Shown piece by piece: positions 37,669-50,807 of a DNA stretch of 64,000 nucleotides. Each line of letters starts with the position of its first letter. Within the stretch, counting starts at the first letter, position 1. The notes under the pieces are model-generated. The model made no database searches. It saw nothing but the letters and a program-made list of their open reading frames with translations, and was not told the DNA's origin. The position numbers and the translations under genes were made by a program. This stretch comes from the human T2T-CHM13v2.0 reference genome, Homo sapiens. The stretch is taken from assembly GCF_009914755.1 (NCBI RefSeq), contig NC_060928.1. One strand, given 5' to 3'.

Positions 37669-40019
37669 TAAAGAGTAAGTCGATATTCTCCTTGGTAAAA
37701 AGTAGTCTACTCACACTTCCCTGGCTGTGCAATGCTCTTTTTGCCTCTGCAGCTTGTCTGCCATCACTCCATAATCCTGGAAGGATCCTGTCTTGTCTTC
37801 CCATCCAACCCCTACAGAGCAACTAGGACACAGCACAAGTCCTTTCTTCCCCAAGAATAATTTCTGTCCATGGTGAAATGCTGACTTTTCCTTGTCTCTG
37901 AATTTACATAGCATTTTTTAAAATTCCATTCATCTAATGCTGCTTTGTGAACTCATTTTTTGGTTTATAATTTATCCTTATGAGTGTGTGTGTGTTTGTG
38001 TGTGAGCTTTTTTTCACTTCTAAGTTAAAAGACACTGAAGAAAAGCACTGTGTCATAATTCCTTACATTCTCCCCCCAAAGAACTGCCACTTATTATATA
38101 CAAAATAGATCCTTAAAATGTATCAAATAAATAAATAAATGCTTAGAAAGCATGAGAAGGCCCTGGTACAAGATTTTAAATGAACTGTAAATATTATCTA
38201 TGGTGAAATGAACTGTGGATATGAAGTCAGGGTACTCTACTATCAGACAGACTAGTTATTTAACCTTAGCCTTTGCTTTTTCCTGGAGAAAATAGTAATC
38301 CCAGAAATGTGTGAGAAAAAGTATACTGAATAAATGCAAATGGTACCATTGGTTCCTTTTCCAAGCAGTTGACACTCTTCCCAAAGACCCCATGCCTTTT
38401 CCAAAGGACAAGAATACTGCCAACAAACAGAAGACACTTCCTATGTTCTCTCTCTTCTTTCCCCTGAAGCTATCACTGGTTACAGGTAAAGATACAGAAC
38501 AGAAGCAAAAAGAAATTGCCAATGGGATTTCCAGACCACTGTAGCTGTTAATACATACAGAACACACAAATAAATCATTGTTTAATCATTCTCATCTGCC
38601 TGCAGAGAAAATTCAACATATCTAACCTGTCTTAATTAGACTGCCAATAAACAAAAAATTGATGCCCTAGAGCGGAAAAATTGGAGCTCAGAAGAATAAA
38701 TGTGTTATTTCAAACTAAATGAAGCGTAAACCATTTAGTTTGGTCAATATCTCTTCATACATCTGTCTATGGCTAAATTTTCCAGAAAGTAATAAACAGC
38801 CACTGAAATAGCTTTGCATTCAGAGATGTCTGGCTCAGAAGGCTATGATGTAGCCCCTTAGGTAAGTTCAGGTTTGACATGGTTTAGGAAGATCAGGTCC
38901 TCAGGAGCTTGTTGCAGTGGCTGATATCTTTCCACAGTCCCAGCAGCTAGAGAGGACTCCATCCTTTAGTGCCCAACTCCAATCCAGGCAGCTGAGCTTG
39001 TGCTGCTGAATTCCACTAAGAAAACACAGGGAAGGGGCCCCAAGACTCACAGACATAATATAAATAAAAAAAATAATAATAATACACTCATGGTTCTAAC
39101 TGTCCACACATTCTCAGTTAGGTTGCACCTATGTTATATTACTCAGCATGTGGTTTCAATTGTGACAACAATGCTCATTTGTTCAAGAGTATGCTGGCTG
39201 TTAACTTCACTTCTTACTGTGTTTAAATATGCCATGGCCTGTGACTCGCTTTTAGGGGTCAAGTGTCTGGCATGTGCCTGCTATGTTATGGTCGGTATAA
39301 TCCTCTAGATTATCCTAGCTGCAGAATCAGAACCTTTGATGTCAAAAAGGCCTCTGTATATGTAATAGGTACATAGTGTATATATACGGAACAAGAAGAA
39401 AGGCATAAAGTGGAAAATAGGACAAACAACCCATTGGCGTGAAACAGCCGTTGCCTGGCTGTTTCTGGACTGACACACAACGGCTTTAAGGTTTTGCTCT
39501 CTCTTCAAAATATAAAAAGCCAAGCTGACCACCTTTAACTGTTGCTCACTCAGAGACTTTTTTCCTCACACCAAAGAATTATATTTCACTTTGGAATTTC
39601 ACAGCAAAATTTGATACCACTCGGTATTTATTGAAACATTTATGTTCACAGCTTTCAGTGTTTCAACATCTATAATTTATGGTTCCCTCACCTCATTTGT
39701 AGCTATAGGCTCTTTAATAGAACATAAAAAGTTAGAAGAAATTCACCTTTAAAAGAAAGAGCATCCCTTTCTTTTCAGCTATTAGGGATTTTTATGTTGT
39801 AACAGAACATTGTGCTGTAATTTCCCTAAATTCTAAGGCTCTAGAAATCATATGAGAATTTTTGTTCTTAAAAACATTAATGCTAGTTTCTAGCAGTTGA
39901 AGACACATTTTTTTATGCTTGGAAACTCCTTTGAAATAGTGTGTTTTCTTTCCACTATCTTATTCTTCTTCATCTTTACTTCCCTTATGTATAAAGGTAG
40001 ATGCAGTCAAGTAAAGCAT

Positions 40020-40190
40020 GCTAGCTTCAAATCAGGAAATCCACATTCATATTCCAGCTCTACAATGCTCTAGCCATGTTAACTAATTCAATTCTTAAAA
40101 TCTTCTATGACTTGACATCCTCATATATTAAATAACACTAATAATTCTTCCTCACAGGGTGAGTCTAAAGATGAAGTTAGATAGATAACG
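40020..40190 (+). mobile_element. MIR SINE
   Basis: attccagctctac...tcctcatatattaaataa...ctcacagggtg. Confidence 0.45.
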
Positions 40191-41059
40191 GAATAGTAAA
40201 CATACTAATGCCAGTGTTTGTTAAGCATGGGCAAAAGAGTCAAAAAAAAAAAGTTTGAGAAGATTAGTTTCTGTGGCTACCAAATGAAAGAATAAAAGAG
40301 CGACAGAATAAAAAATGCTGAAGGAGGGGAAAATTTGAAAACATTAACCACAACAACAACTAAAATTTATATTTAGAGATGTCTCTATTTTGTACCATAG
40401 TAAAAAGTATGCCTTCCAGGCCACCCCTGTCCTGAGGCACCAGAGTCATGCTGCAGCCACACCCTTGCCATGTTGTGTTCCCATTCCTTTGCACCTCGTG
40501 GCTGCAGAGGAGACAGTTCAGGCAGTGATTGGGAATTATATTTCAAAAGAGGTCTTGGCCAATCAAAATGTGTCCAACAACATCAAAACATTGAAAGTTC
40601 ATTCACCACCATTGCTCACCCCTCCCAAATGTTCTCTGACCCCAAATCACATGCTCTTAGTGACTCACTCCTTCAACTTAATACGCATCTGAATAAGCAT
40701 TACAGCTCAGTAGAACTAACCCAGAGGAATCTGAACCTAAATCCTATTTATTCTTCCATTTTCATCCCACCAAGCCAATTCATCATGAAATCAAAACTTA
40801 TTTAGGATACAGCTTCCTCTGAGGTTCCTCCAATTAGTCTGATTTATGTTTTCTAATTTAATTCATGTATTCAAAGTAAGCTCCTCAGCCTCAAACACTG
40901 GCCAGATTGTTCTCTCTCAAAAGATTCAGAGATGATGACTAAGTTTGGCTTTGTGTCCTCAAGGCCTGTGATCCTGATGGGTGTCACATTTTACAGAAAA
41001 ACTAGTAGTAAGGCTGGGAGCCTTGTTTCCAACCATACCCTGCTTCTCACCATCCACAG

Positions 41060-41560
41060 ACTTGAGTGGCTTCATGATCATGCACAGCTTCAGTTATTAC
41101 GCCTGAAACCACACATCCAATTCACATTTGTCTCCTGGGCTCTAGAATAAGATTTCTAGCTAGATGTCTCCACTTGGATATTCTGCGGGCATTTCAAATT
41201 CAATATACTCAAAACCAAACTTATTCCCACCCATTACTTCTTGGTCCTCAAACTTGTTTCTTCCCCAGTATTCTTCAATTTGGATAACAGATATCAATCC
41301 CAAAATTACAGGAATTATTTTTTTATTCCTCCCTGTCCCTCTCTCATCTAATTAGTAACTGCATCCTATCAAGTCTACCCCTAAAATAGTCACACTATTT
41401 CTTCTATTCCTTTACTTCTTCCAGCACCTTGATAAAGGTCCTCATCATCTCCTATTTGAACTATCACAAGTAGTTTCCTGCTTATGTCAAGGCTTTGACT
41501 TACCACTGAAGCAAAAATGTCATCCTAAAACACAACCAGATCATTTGATCCCTCTAAACC
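41060..41560 (+). mobile_element. L2 LINE fragment
   Basis: atgtctccacttggatattc...atttcaaattcaatatactcaaaaccaaact. Confidence 0.55.
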
Positions 41561-41679
41561 TAACTCTAACCCAAATTTTAAACTTGATCACGTGTCAGAA
41601 TCTGTGGGATGGAACTTATGCAGTTATCAGAGAAAAAATTACAGCATTGTATACATAATGCAATAAAAAGGAAAAATAT

Positions 41680-43122
41680 ACATATTCATTAAATATCCAA
41701 CAAGAAAATCAAGATTAAAACCAAAAACACAGTAAACCAAAATACAGTAGAAAGACGGAATTAATAATAATAAAGTTAGAAACTGATGAGCTAAAAAAAC
41801 ACTAAGAAAGACTACAGTAAATCTAAAATCCGGTTATTTTTAAAAAATCAATGAAATAGACAAAATGTTACACATCCTAATTAAGAAAAATGAGAGAAAG
41901 TATAAGTATACAAAACTAGAAGAAACTAGAAGTAGTAACTACCCAAAAGAGAAAAATTTAAAATTATAAGTGATCATTTTGCATGACTCTATGAAAATAA
42001 ATTTGAAAGCCTAAATGAACTGGATAATTTTTTACAAAAATATAACTGAGCAAAATTTACCCCTTAGAGACAGAAAAGTTAATTTCATCTGAAGCCAAGA
42101 AAGAAATATACAAAGTAGGTCAAAGATTCCCTCACAAAAAAGCATCAGACCCAATTGGTTTCACAATAAAATTTTACCAAATCTTTTAAAATTAGACAAT
42201 TCTAGATCAGCACTGGCAAGTGGGAAATTGAAAATAATAAAAATAAAATAACAAAATAAAAATTAAATTAGATAATTCCAAAGCTACTTAAACTATACTA
42301 GAGCATAAAAAGAAGGAAAATTTTTAACTTTACTTTGTGAAGGAAGTATAATATTTTTCTCTAAGCTTGACAACGATCACATCAAAAAGAAAACTACAGA
42401 ATAATCTCAGGAATATAGATGTAAAAATCCACTTAAGTAAAATATTAACAAACATAATAGATGACCCAGTGAGGTTTATTCTAGGAATGCAAAGATAATT
42501 CAATATTCAGAAGCCATTAGTATAATCAGTCCTATTAATAGAGGTAAGAAGAAACATCCTGCGATCAGTCCCCATAAAGATAGGAAAGACATTGACAAAA
42601 TCCAGAGCCCATTCATATTTTTAACTCAATGAAACAGGAATTAATTACACTACCTAAATACAAAACCCAGTGACTTAATTAGTGAAAAAAAATAGAGGCT
42701 TTTCCACTAAATTTGAAACTAACACAAAGATAGTATATATACAAGTACTTAACATTGGGGTGGAGATATTATATCCATGCTAGAAAAGAGAAAGCAATTA
42801 AAGGAATTAGAATGGGAAACGAAGAGGTAACTTAGTGAAAAAAAATTATAAACAATAAGAAAATTGAGTAATTAGCTAGGCATAAAACCAACAGGCTTTA
42901 TATCTACAAACAAAAACTAACCAGGAGAAAGATGAACAACAATAAAGAATAGAAAATATCTAAAAGTCTAATACTTATATGAGGAAAACTATAAAATGCT
43001 TCAGAAGAACTCAAAACTACCCTGTAACAAATAGAAAGTTAGACATTGATTTTGGACAAAATGACTCAATAAGATAAAGATGTGCTCCCTAAGCAAATTT
43101 ACAAATTGAATGCAATCCAAAT
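41680..43122 (+). mobile_element. Old L1M ORF2 fragment
   Basis: gaaaactacaga; ggtttattctaggaatgcaa; tatgaggaaaactataaaa; aattgaatgcaatccaa. Confidence 0.7.
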
Positions 43123-43162
43123 TGTGTGTGCGCGCGCGCGCATGCGCGTGTGTGTGTGTGTG
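43123..43162. repeat. Alternating pyrimidine-purine (TG)(CG)(TG) tract
   Basis: tgtgtgtgcgcgcgcgcgcatgcgcgtgtgtgtgtgtgtg. Confidence 0.95.
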
Positions 43163-43169
43163 ATCTGTA

Positions 43170-44198
43170 TTTTTTTTTTAATTATACTTTAACTTCTGGG
43201 ATACATGGGCAGAACGTGCAGGTTTGTTACATAGGTATACATGTGCCATGGTGGTTTGCTGCATCCATCAACCTGTCAACTACATTATGTATTTCTCCTA
43301 ATGTTATCCCTCCCCTAGCCCCACATCCCCTGACAGGCCCTGGTGTGTAATGTTCCCCTCCCTGTGTCTATGTGTTCTCATTGTTCAACTCCCAGTTACG
43401 AGTGAGAACATGTGGTATTTGGTTTTCTGTTCCTATGTTAGTTTGCTGAGAATGATGGTTTCCAGCTTCATCCATGTCCCTGCAATGGACATGAACTCAC
43501 CCTTTTTTATGGCTGCCTAGTATTCCATGGTGTATATGTGCCACATTTTCTTTATTTAGTCTACCATTGATGGGCATTTGCGTTGGTTACAAGTCTTTGC
43601 TATTGTGAATAGTGCTGCAATAAACATGTGTGCATGTGTCTTTAGAGCAGGTATATACCCAGTATATGTCTTTGGGTATATACCCAGTAATGGGATTGCT
43701 GGGTCAAATGGTATTTCTGGTTCTAGATCCTTGAGGAATTGCCACACTATCTTCCAAAATGGTTGAACTAATTTACACTCCCACCAACAGTGTAAAAGTG
43801 TTCCTATTTCTCCACATCCTCTCCAGCATCTGTTGTTTCCTGACTTTTCAATGATCACCATTCTAACTGGTGTGAAATGGTATCTCATTGTGGTTTTGAT
43901 TTGCATTTCTCTAACGACCAGTGATTATGAGCCCAAAAAAAAGCCCATATAGCCAAGACAATCATAAGCAAAAAGAACAAAGCTGAAGGCATCACGCTAC
44001 CTGACTTCAAACTATACTGCAAGGCTACAGTAACCAAAAGAGTGTGGTACTGGTACCAAAACAGATACATAGACCAATGGAACAGAACAGAGGCCTCAGA
44101 ATAACACCACACATCTACACCAATCTGATGTTTGACAAACCTGACACAGCAAGCAATGGGGAATGGATTCCCTATTTAATAAATGATGTTGGGAAAAC
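43170..44198 (-). mobile_element. L1PA (PA7-like) 5'-inverted insertion (twin priming)
   Basis: 43170-43932 is an L1 3' end on minus (ORF 43556-43906 [10 protein letters not shown]...HCWWECK); 43933-44198 is an upstream ORF2 segment on plus. Confidence 0.88.
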
Positions 44199-44199
44199 A

Positions 44200-47100
44200 T
44201 CATTGAGAAAGTTTGTAAAGACTGGGAGAGGCAGCTGTTTGTTCAAATGTGCAGACACAAGTGAAAATCTACAAGGAACATGAAGAATCAGGAAAATATG
44301 ATACAGTCAAAGGAACAAAATAAAACTCCAGTAGTCAACACCAAAGAAATGGGATCTATGAATTGTCTGACAAATAATTCAAAATAATTTCATCTTAAAG
44401 AAGCTAAGTAAATTACAAGACAACTCACTAAGTAAAATCAGAAAAATGATACATGAACAAAATGAGAAAATCAACAAAAGTCAACAAAAAGATAGGAATT
44501 ACAAAAAACAACCAAACAGAAATTCTGGAGCTGAAAAATACCATAATGGAATTGAAAATTTCACTATATGGGTTCAAGAGCAGACTTGATCAGATCAAAC
44601 AGAAGAAAGAATCAGCAAATATAAAGACAAATGATTTCAAATTATCTAATCAGACAAGATAAGCAAAAAGAAAAAAAGAATGAAAGAAAGTGAATAAAGA
44701 CTGAGGAGTCATGGGACACCCTTAAGAAAACCAATATATGCATTATGGGAATCCAAGAAGGAGAAAACAGAATGGCCAAAAACTTGCCAAATCTGGAAAG
44801 AGAAATGAATACCCACAACCATGATGCCCAAAGACTTTCACGTAGATTAAATATATTTTTAAAAAATCTTTGCTGAAACACATTACAATCAAATCCTCAA
44901 AAGTCAAGACAAACAATGTAAAAGAAACAAGAGAAAAGTAACTCATCACATACAAGGGAAGCCTCATAAGACTATCAGAAGACTTTTTGGCAGAAACCTT
45001 ACAAACCAGATGGGAGTGGGATGATACATTTAAAATACTGAAAGAAAAAAGAACTGCCAACCAAGAATACAATACATGGAAAAACTGTCCTCCAAAAGGA
45101 GGGAAGAGTTACAATTTTTACAGACAACTGAAAATTAAGGGAGTTTATCACCATCATATCTGCCTTACAAGAAATGCTAAAGAGAATGCCCATCAATGAC
45201 AGATTGGATGAAGAAAATATGGCACATATACACCATGGAATAATATGCAGCCATAAAAAAGAACAAGATCATGTCTTTTGCAGGAATATGGATGAAGCTG
45301 CAGGCTATTATCCTTAGCAGACTAACACAGGAACAGAAAACCAAATACCACATATTCTCACTAATAAGTAGGAGCTAAATGGTGAGAACTCATGAACACA
45401 AAGATAGTAACAACAGACACTGGGACCTATTGAGGGTGGAGGCTGAGAAGAGGGAGAGGAGTAGAAAAAATAACTATTGGGTACTAGGCTTAGTACCTGA
45501 GTGATGAAATAATTTGTAAAACTAATCCCTGTGACATGAATTTACATATATAACAAATATATACCCCCAAACCTAAAATAAAAGTTAAGAAAAGAAAAAG
45601 GAAAAAAGCCATAGTACTATACAGTTTGGTAACTTATTAAAAATGATTCCTCATCTGGGAAAAAAAAGAAAAGATAAAAAAAGAAAGGATATAAACAGCA
45701 GTATGAAAGCATATAAAAGCATAAAAATCACTGGTGAGGGTAATTATATAGATAAGTACAAAATACTGTAATACTCTAATCATGGTGTGTTCATTACTTT
45801 TAATACTAGTGTAAAGTTAAAAGATAAAAGTATTAAGAATAACATAAGTAAAAATATATGTTAATGAATACACAATATTAAAAGATATAAATAATGACAT
45901 CAATAACATAAATTGTGAACAGAGAAGTAAAAATATAGAGTTTTTGTATGGGATTGAAGTTAAGTAGTTTTTGATTTAAAAGAGACTATTATATTTTGTA
46001 TAGGCCTTATGATAACTACAAATACATATAGAAGATACACAAAATAAATTAAAGAGAAAGAAAATCAGGTATGGAAGGAATTCATCTCAACATAATAAAG
46101 GCCTACATGATAAGCCCACAGCTAACATGGTAAAAATGGAAAACTTTTCCACTAAGCTCAGGAATAAAAGGTAAGGATGCTAATTCTTGCCACTTCTATT
46201 CAATGTAGTATTAGGAATCATACCAAGAGCAATTCAGCAAGAAAAAGAAGTAAAAGGCATCCAAATCAGAAAAGCATAAGTAAATTATGTTTGCAGATGA
46301 CATAATCTTATATATAGGAAACCCTAAATGTGCCATAAAAAAACTGTTAGAACTAATAAACAAATGTAGTAACGTTGCAGTACACAAAATCAACATAGAA
46401 AAGTCAGTTGCATTTCTATATACTAACAGTCAACTAGCTAAATAGGAAATTAAGGTAACAACCCTATTTACAATAGTACCCAAAAAATAAAACACTCAGG
46501 AATAAACTTAACCAAGGAGGTGAAATACTTGAACATTGAAAATTACAAATATTGATGAAAGAAATTAAAGAAAACACAAATAGATGGAAAGATATCCTGT
46601 GTTCATGAATTAGGAAACAGTATTATTAAAATGTCCATGCCACCCAAAGTGGCCTACAATAAAATTTCAATCAAAATCCCAATCACATTTTTTTACAGAA
46701 ATAGAAAACACAATCTTAAAATGTATAGGAAATTATGAAAGACTCTAAATAGCCAAAACAATCTTGAGAAAGAAGAACAAAGCTGGAGACATCACACTTC
46801 CTGATTTCAAAATATATTACAAATCTACAGTAATCAAAACAGTATCTCACTGACATAAAGACACACATATAGATCAACAGAACAGAATAGAGAACACAAA
46901 AATAAACCAAAGAATAAACAGTCAACTATTCTTATACCATAGTACTGAGAATGCACAATAAGAAATGCATAGTCTCAACAAATAGTGTTGGGAAAAATAG
47001 ATACACACATGCAAGATAATGAAATTGTACCCTTTATTTCAGAAACACAAAAAAAAACCTCAAAATGAATTAAAGATTTAAATGTAAGACCAGAAACTGT

Positions 47101-48372
47101 AAAATTCATAGACAAAAACACAGGAGACAAAAGAGAAAAGCTTCATAACATTTTCCTTGGCAATTATTTCTTGAATATAACACCAAGAGCACAAGCAACG
47201 AAAACAAAAATAGACAAGTGGGACTACATCAATCTAAAAAGTTTCTGCAAAGCAAACAATCAACAAGGCAAAATAACATTCTACAGAAAGAGAGAGCACA
47301 ACAACAAAAACAAAAATAGACAAGTGGGACTACATCAAACTAAAAAGCTTCTGCAAAGCAAACAATCAACAAAGCAAAATAACATTCTATGGAAAGGAAG
47401 AAAATATTTGCAAATCATATACCTGATATGGGGATAATATCCAAATACATAAAGAACTCCTACAACTCACTAATGAAAATAAATAAATAACCCAATTGAT
47501 AAATGGGCAAAGGACTTGAAGAGACATTCCTTCAAAGAAGACATACAAATGGTTAACAGGTATATGAAAAGATTTTCAATATCACTAATCATCAGGGAAA
47601 GTAAATCCAAACCTCAATGAGATATCACCTTACACCTGTTACAATGGCTATTATCAAAAATACAAAAGATAACAAGTGTTGGCAGAGATGCGGAGAAATT
47701 AGAACTCCTGCACACTTTTGGTGGGAATACAAAATGATGCAGCTACTATGGGAAATAGTACAGAGGTTCCTCAAAAAAGATTGAAAGTAGAATTACCATA
47801 CAATCCAGCAATCCCACTACTGGGTATATATCCAAGTGAAATGAAATCAGTATGTAGAGGAGATATCTGCACCCACATGTTTATTGTAGCATTACTCACA
47901 ATAGCCAAAATATGAAAACAACCTAAGTATCCATTGACAAATGAATATATAAAGAAAATGTGATATATCTGTACAATGGAATATTACTCAGTCTTTAAAA
48001 ATAAAAAAAATCTGCCATATGAGACAACATGGCTGAACCTGGAGGACATTCTATTGAATAAAATAAACCAATCACAGAAGGGCATGCATGATTCTACTTA
48101 CATGAAATACCTAAAATAGTCTAACTCATGCATAAAGGGAATAGAATGGTGGGTGCCCAGGAGACAGGTGGAGGGGAAATGGATAGTTACTGGTCTATGG
48201 GTGTAAAGTTTCAGTTAAGTGAGCTGAATAAGTTCTAGATTTCTGCTATACAATTTTTGCCTATAGTTAACTCTATTACACAGTCACTTTTGTGCCTACA
48301 GTTAACTATATTGTATAGTCACTTAAATTTTGAGGCAGGTAGATCTCACATTTACCACAATAAAATAAAATC
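44200..48372 (+). mobile_element. L1MA-type element (ORF1, spacer, ORF2 lacking its N-terminal half, 3'UTR)
   Basis: ORF1 (NQTEILELKNTIMELK; AETLQTRWEWDDTFKILKEK); jumps at about 46065 from the spacer to mid-ORF2 (RT region); ends gtagatctcacatttaccacaataaaataaaa. Confidence 0.8.
45186..45607 (+). mobile_element. L1PA15/16-like 3' end inserted at the end of the L1MA ORF1
   Basis: aatgcccatcaatgacagattgg...aaaataactattgggtactaggcttagtacctg...aacctaaaataaaagtt followed by an A tail. Confidence 0.85.
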
Positions 48373-48660
48373 AACAGCAACAAAAATAAACAAAAAATAA
48401 TAATAAATTACAAGCAGAGAAAATTATTTGGAACATACATCAAAGGGAAAGAATTAATATTCTTGATATTTAAAGAGTGTTTAAAATGGAGAAATAAAGC
48501 CCAACAACCAAAACAAGCTAGGTATATAGAAATAGTTTACTGCCAAATAAATGAAAATGAGTTTTAAGCATTTTAAAATATCATTGATCTCAGTCTTTAT
48601 AAGAGAAATGCAAGTTAATTCAATTCATCTTCCTATCAGACTGGCAGAAGTCTCACAATA

Positions 48661-48940
48661 CAGTTATCCCTCAGTATCTACAAAAGATTGGTTCCAAGAC
48701 TGCCCACAGACATCAAAATCTGGGCATACTCAAGCCCTGAAGTATGTCCTGTGGAACCTTCCTATATGAAAAGTTGGCCCTCTGTATCCATGAGTTTCAC
48801 ATCCCACGAATTCTGTTTCTTTTACCTATGTTTCCTTGTGGATATGGAACCCGTGGATACCTCCAACTATATTTATTGAAAAAGATCCATGTACAAATGA
48901 ACCCTCACTGTTCCAACCCATCTTGTTTAAAGGTCAACTT
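48661..48940. mobile_element. MER2 (Tigger-derived MITE), MER2B-like
   Basis: ta-cagttatccctcagtatc...gattggttccaagac...tcttgtttaaaggtcaact-tta. Confidence 0.75.
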
Positions 48941-49427
48941 TATACTCTTTTTTGTTAAGACTGTGAGGAAACAAGTATTCTCATATGTTGCTGATGAGAA
49001 TGCAAACTGTACAATCCCTATAAAAGGAAATTTGGCAATATCTTGCAAAATTATATATACATTTATCTTTTGACCTAACCATTCTACTGCTAGGACTCTA
49101 TCCCAAAAATACACTGATAACAGCCATATGCACAAGTCTATTTGCTGTACTGCTACTTGAATTAACAAAAGACCGGACACAACTCAAATGTTCATCACCA
49201 AGTGGTTAATTGAAAAACTAGGGTACATCTATGGTATGGACTCCTGTGTCATTTTAAGAAGCAGGAGAAATATTTCTATATAGTACTGTGAAGTTATATC
49301 CATAGATAAATTAAGTGAAAATAACAAGATAAGAGAAAATAGTATATAGTAGCCTATCACTGATCCAAGAAAGAGAGGCAATACAAATATATAGTATTTA
49401 TATAGACTTGCAGGTTCTAAAAATTGA

Positions 49428-49812
<385 letters not shown>

Positions 49813-50310
49813 CAGACATTTTTATAAATAGCTTATTTTGTAGATTTGCCTTTGAAATCATATAATTATTTCATATAATTATAAAATGAATTTAACTTAT
49901 AAAAGCAATTCCTAAAAATTGCAAGTAAGATGAACCTAAGTACATAATAGCATAACCACCCAGAGACTCCTTATTACAAGTAACTATAAAATATAGTAAT
50001 TTGATGATACATTTTAAGTCCTTTTCAGTAATCATATTGTAGGTTGGCATCAATTATCTCAGATTATTGTGTATACACTATGAGGTAAAGCAAATGAGTA
50101 CTTATCTTACCGCTGCCAAGAACCAAGATTTTCAGAAAGGCTGAAAGCAGATTAAATGTAAGATAAGTTAAAACACCTTAATCCTGATTTTAAGTATGAA
50201 TAAGAATTTATGGTTTATTTTATCTTTTAAAAATAGGTATCTATTTTAAAGCTCTATCTAGTAAAAAGACTAGAAATAATGACCAACTCAGTAACAGTGA
50301 ACACTCCTTG

Positions 50311-50807
50311 TGCAGGGGTCTGTCCTGCAGACCCTGACCCAACGACAGATGAATAACATACACTGACACAGATATTATGCTTGTCAGTCCGGCTGAGGGT
50401 CTGGGCCATTTACAGACTCCAAGGAGAGTGCTGTAAAGAGTTGTAGCCACAGCCCTGACTCGCTGGCCCTGCCAGCATTTATTCAGCACACATTAAACGA
50501 CAAAGGCTTTGAGTAAACACCACTAGAGGGTAATTGACTTCGTTGCCAACCCGAGAAGAGAGCAATTATGCACCTGTAGTTGATTAAAGCTTGGTCTTAG
50601 GACCACATGAGTAAACAAGCTATTTAAACTCCTCTACATTCCTATGTGTCTACTCTAAGTTATTTACTCAAGGTAAGGATTAGGCTGCCTTCAGCCAGAT
50701 CTATTACTGAAGCTTATGCAAACCCCTCTGGCCTTTCAAGAAGGTTTGCTACTATTTCTTATAACTGTCATTAAAATTTTTCCTACCAGCCTGAGTGAAC
50801 TCCCACA
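50311..50807 (-). mobile_element. Solo LTR22 (HERV-K HML-5)
   Basis: TG...CA ends; perfect 6-bp TSD TCCTTG (50305-50310, 50808-50813); minus strand starts TGTGGGAGTTCACTCAGGCTGGTAGGAAAAATTTT and ends GACAGACCCCTGCA. Confidence 0.85.

Noticed and set aside
38256-39532. 75-103 aa ORFs as host exons
   Set aside because: Near-cognate starts, low-complexity composition and no recognisable domain.
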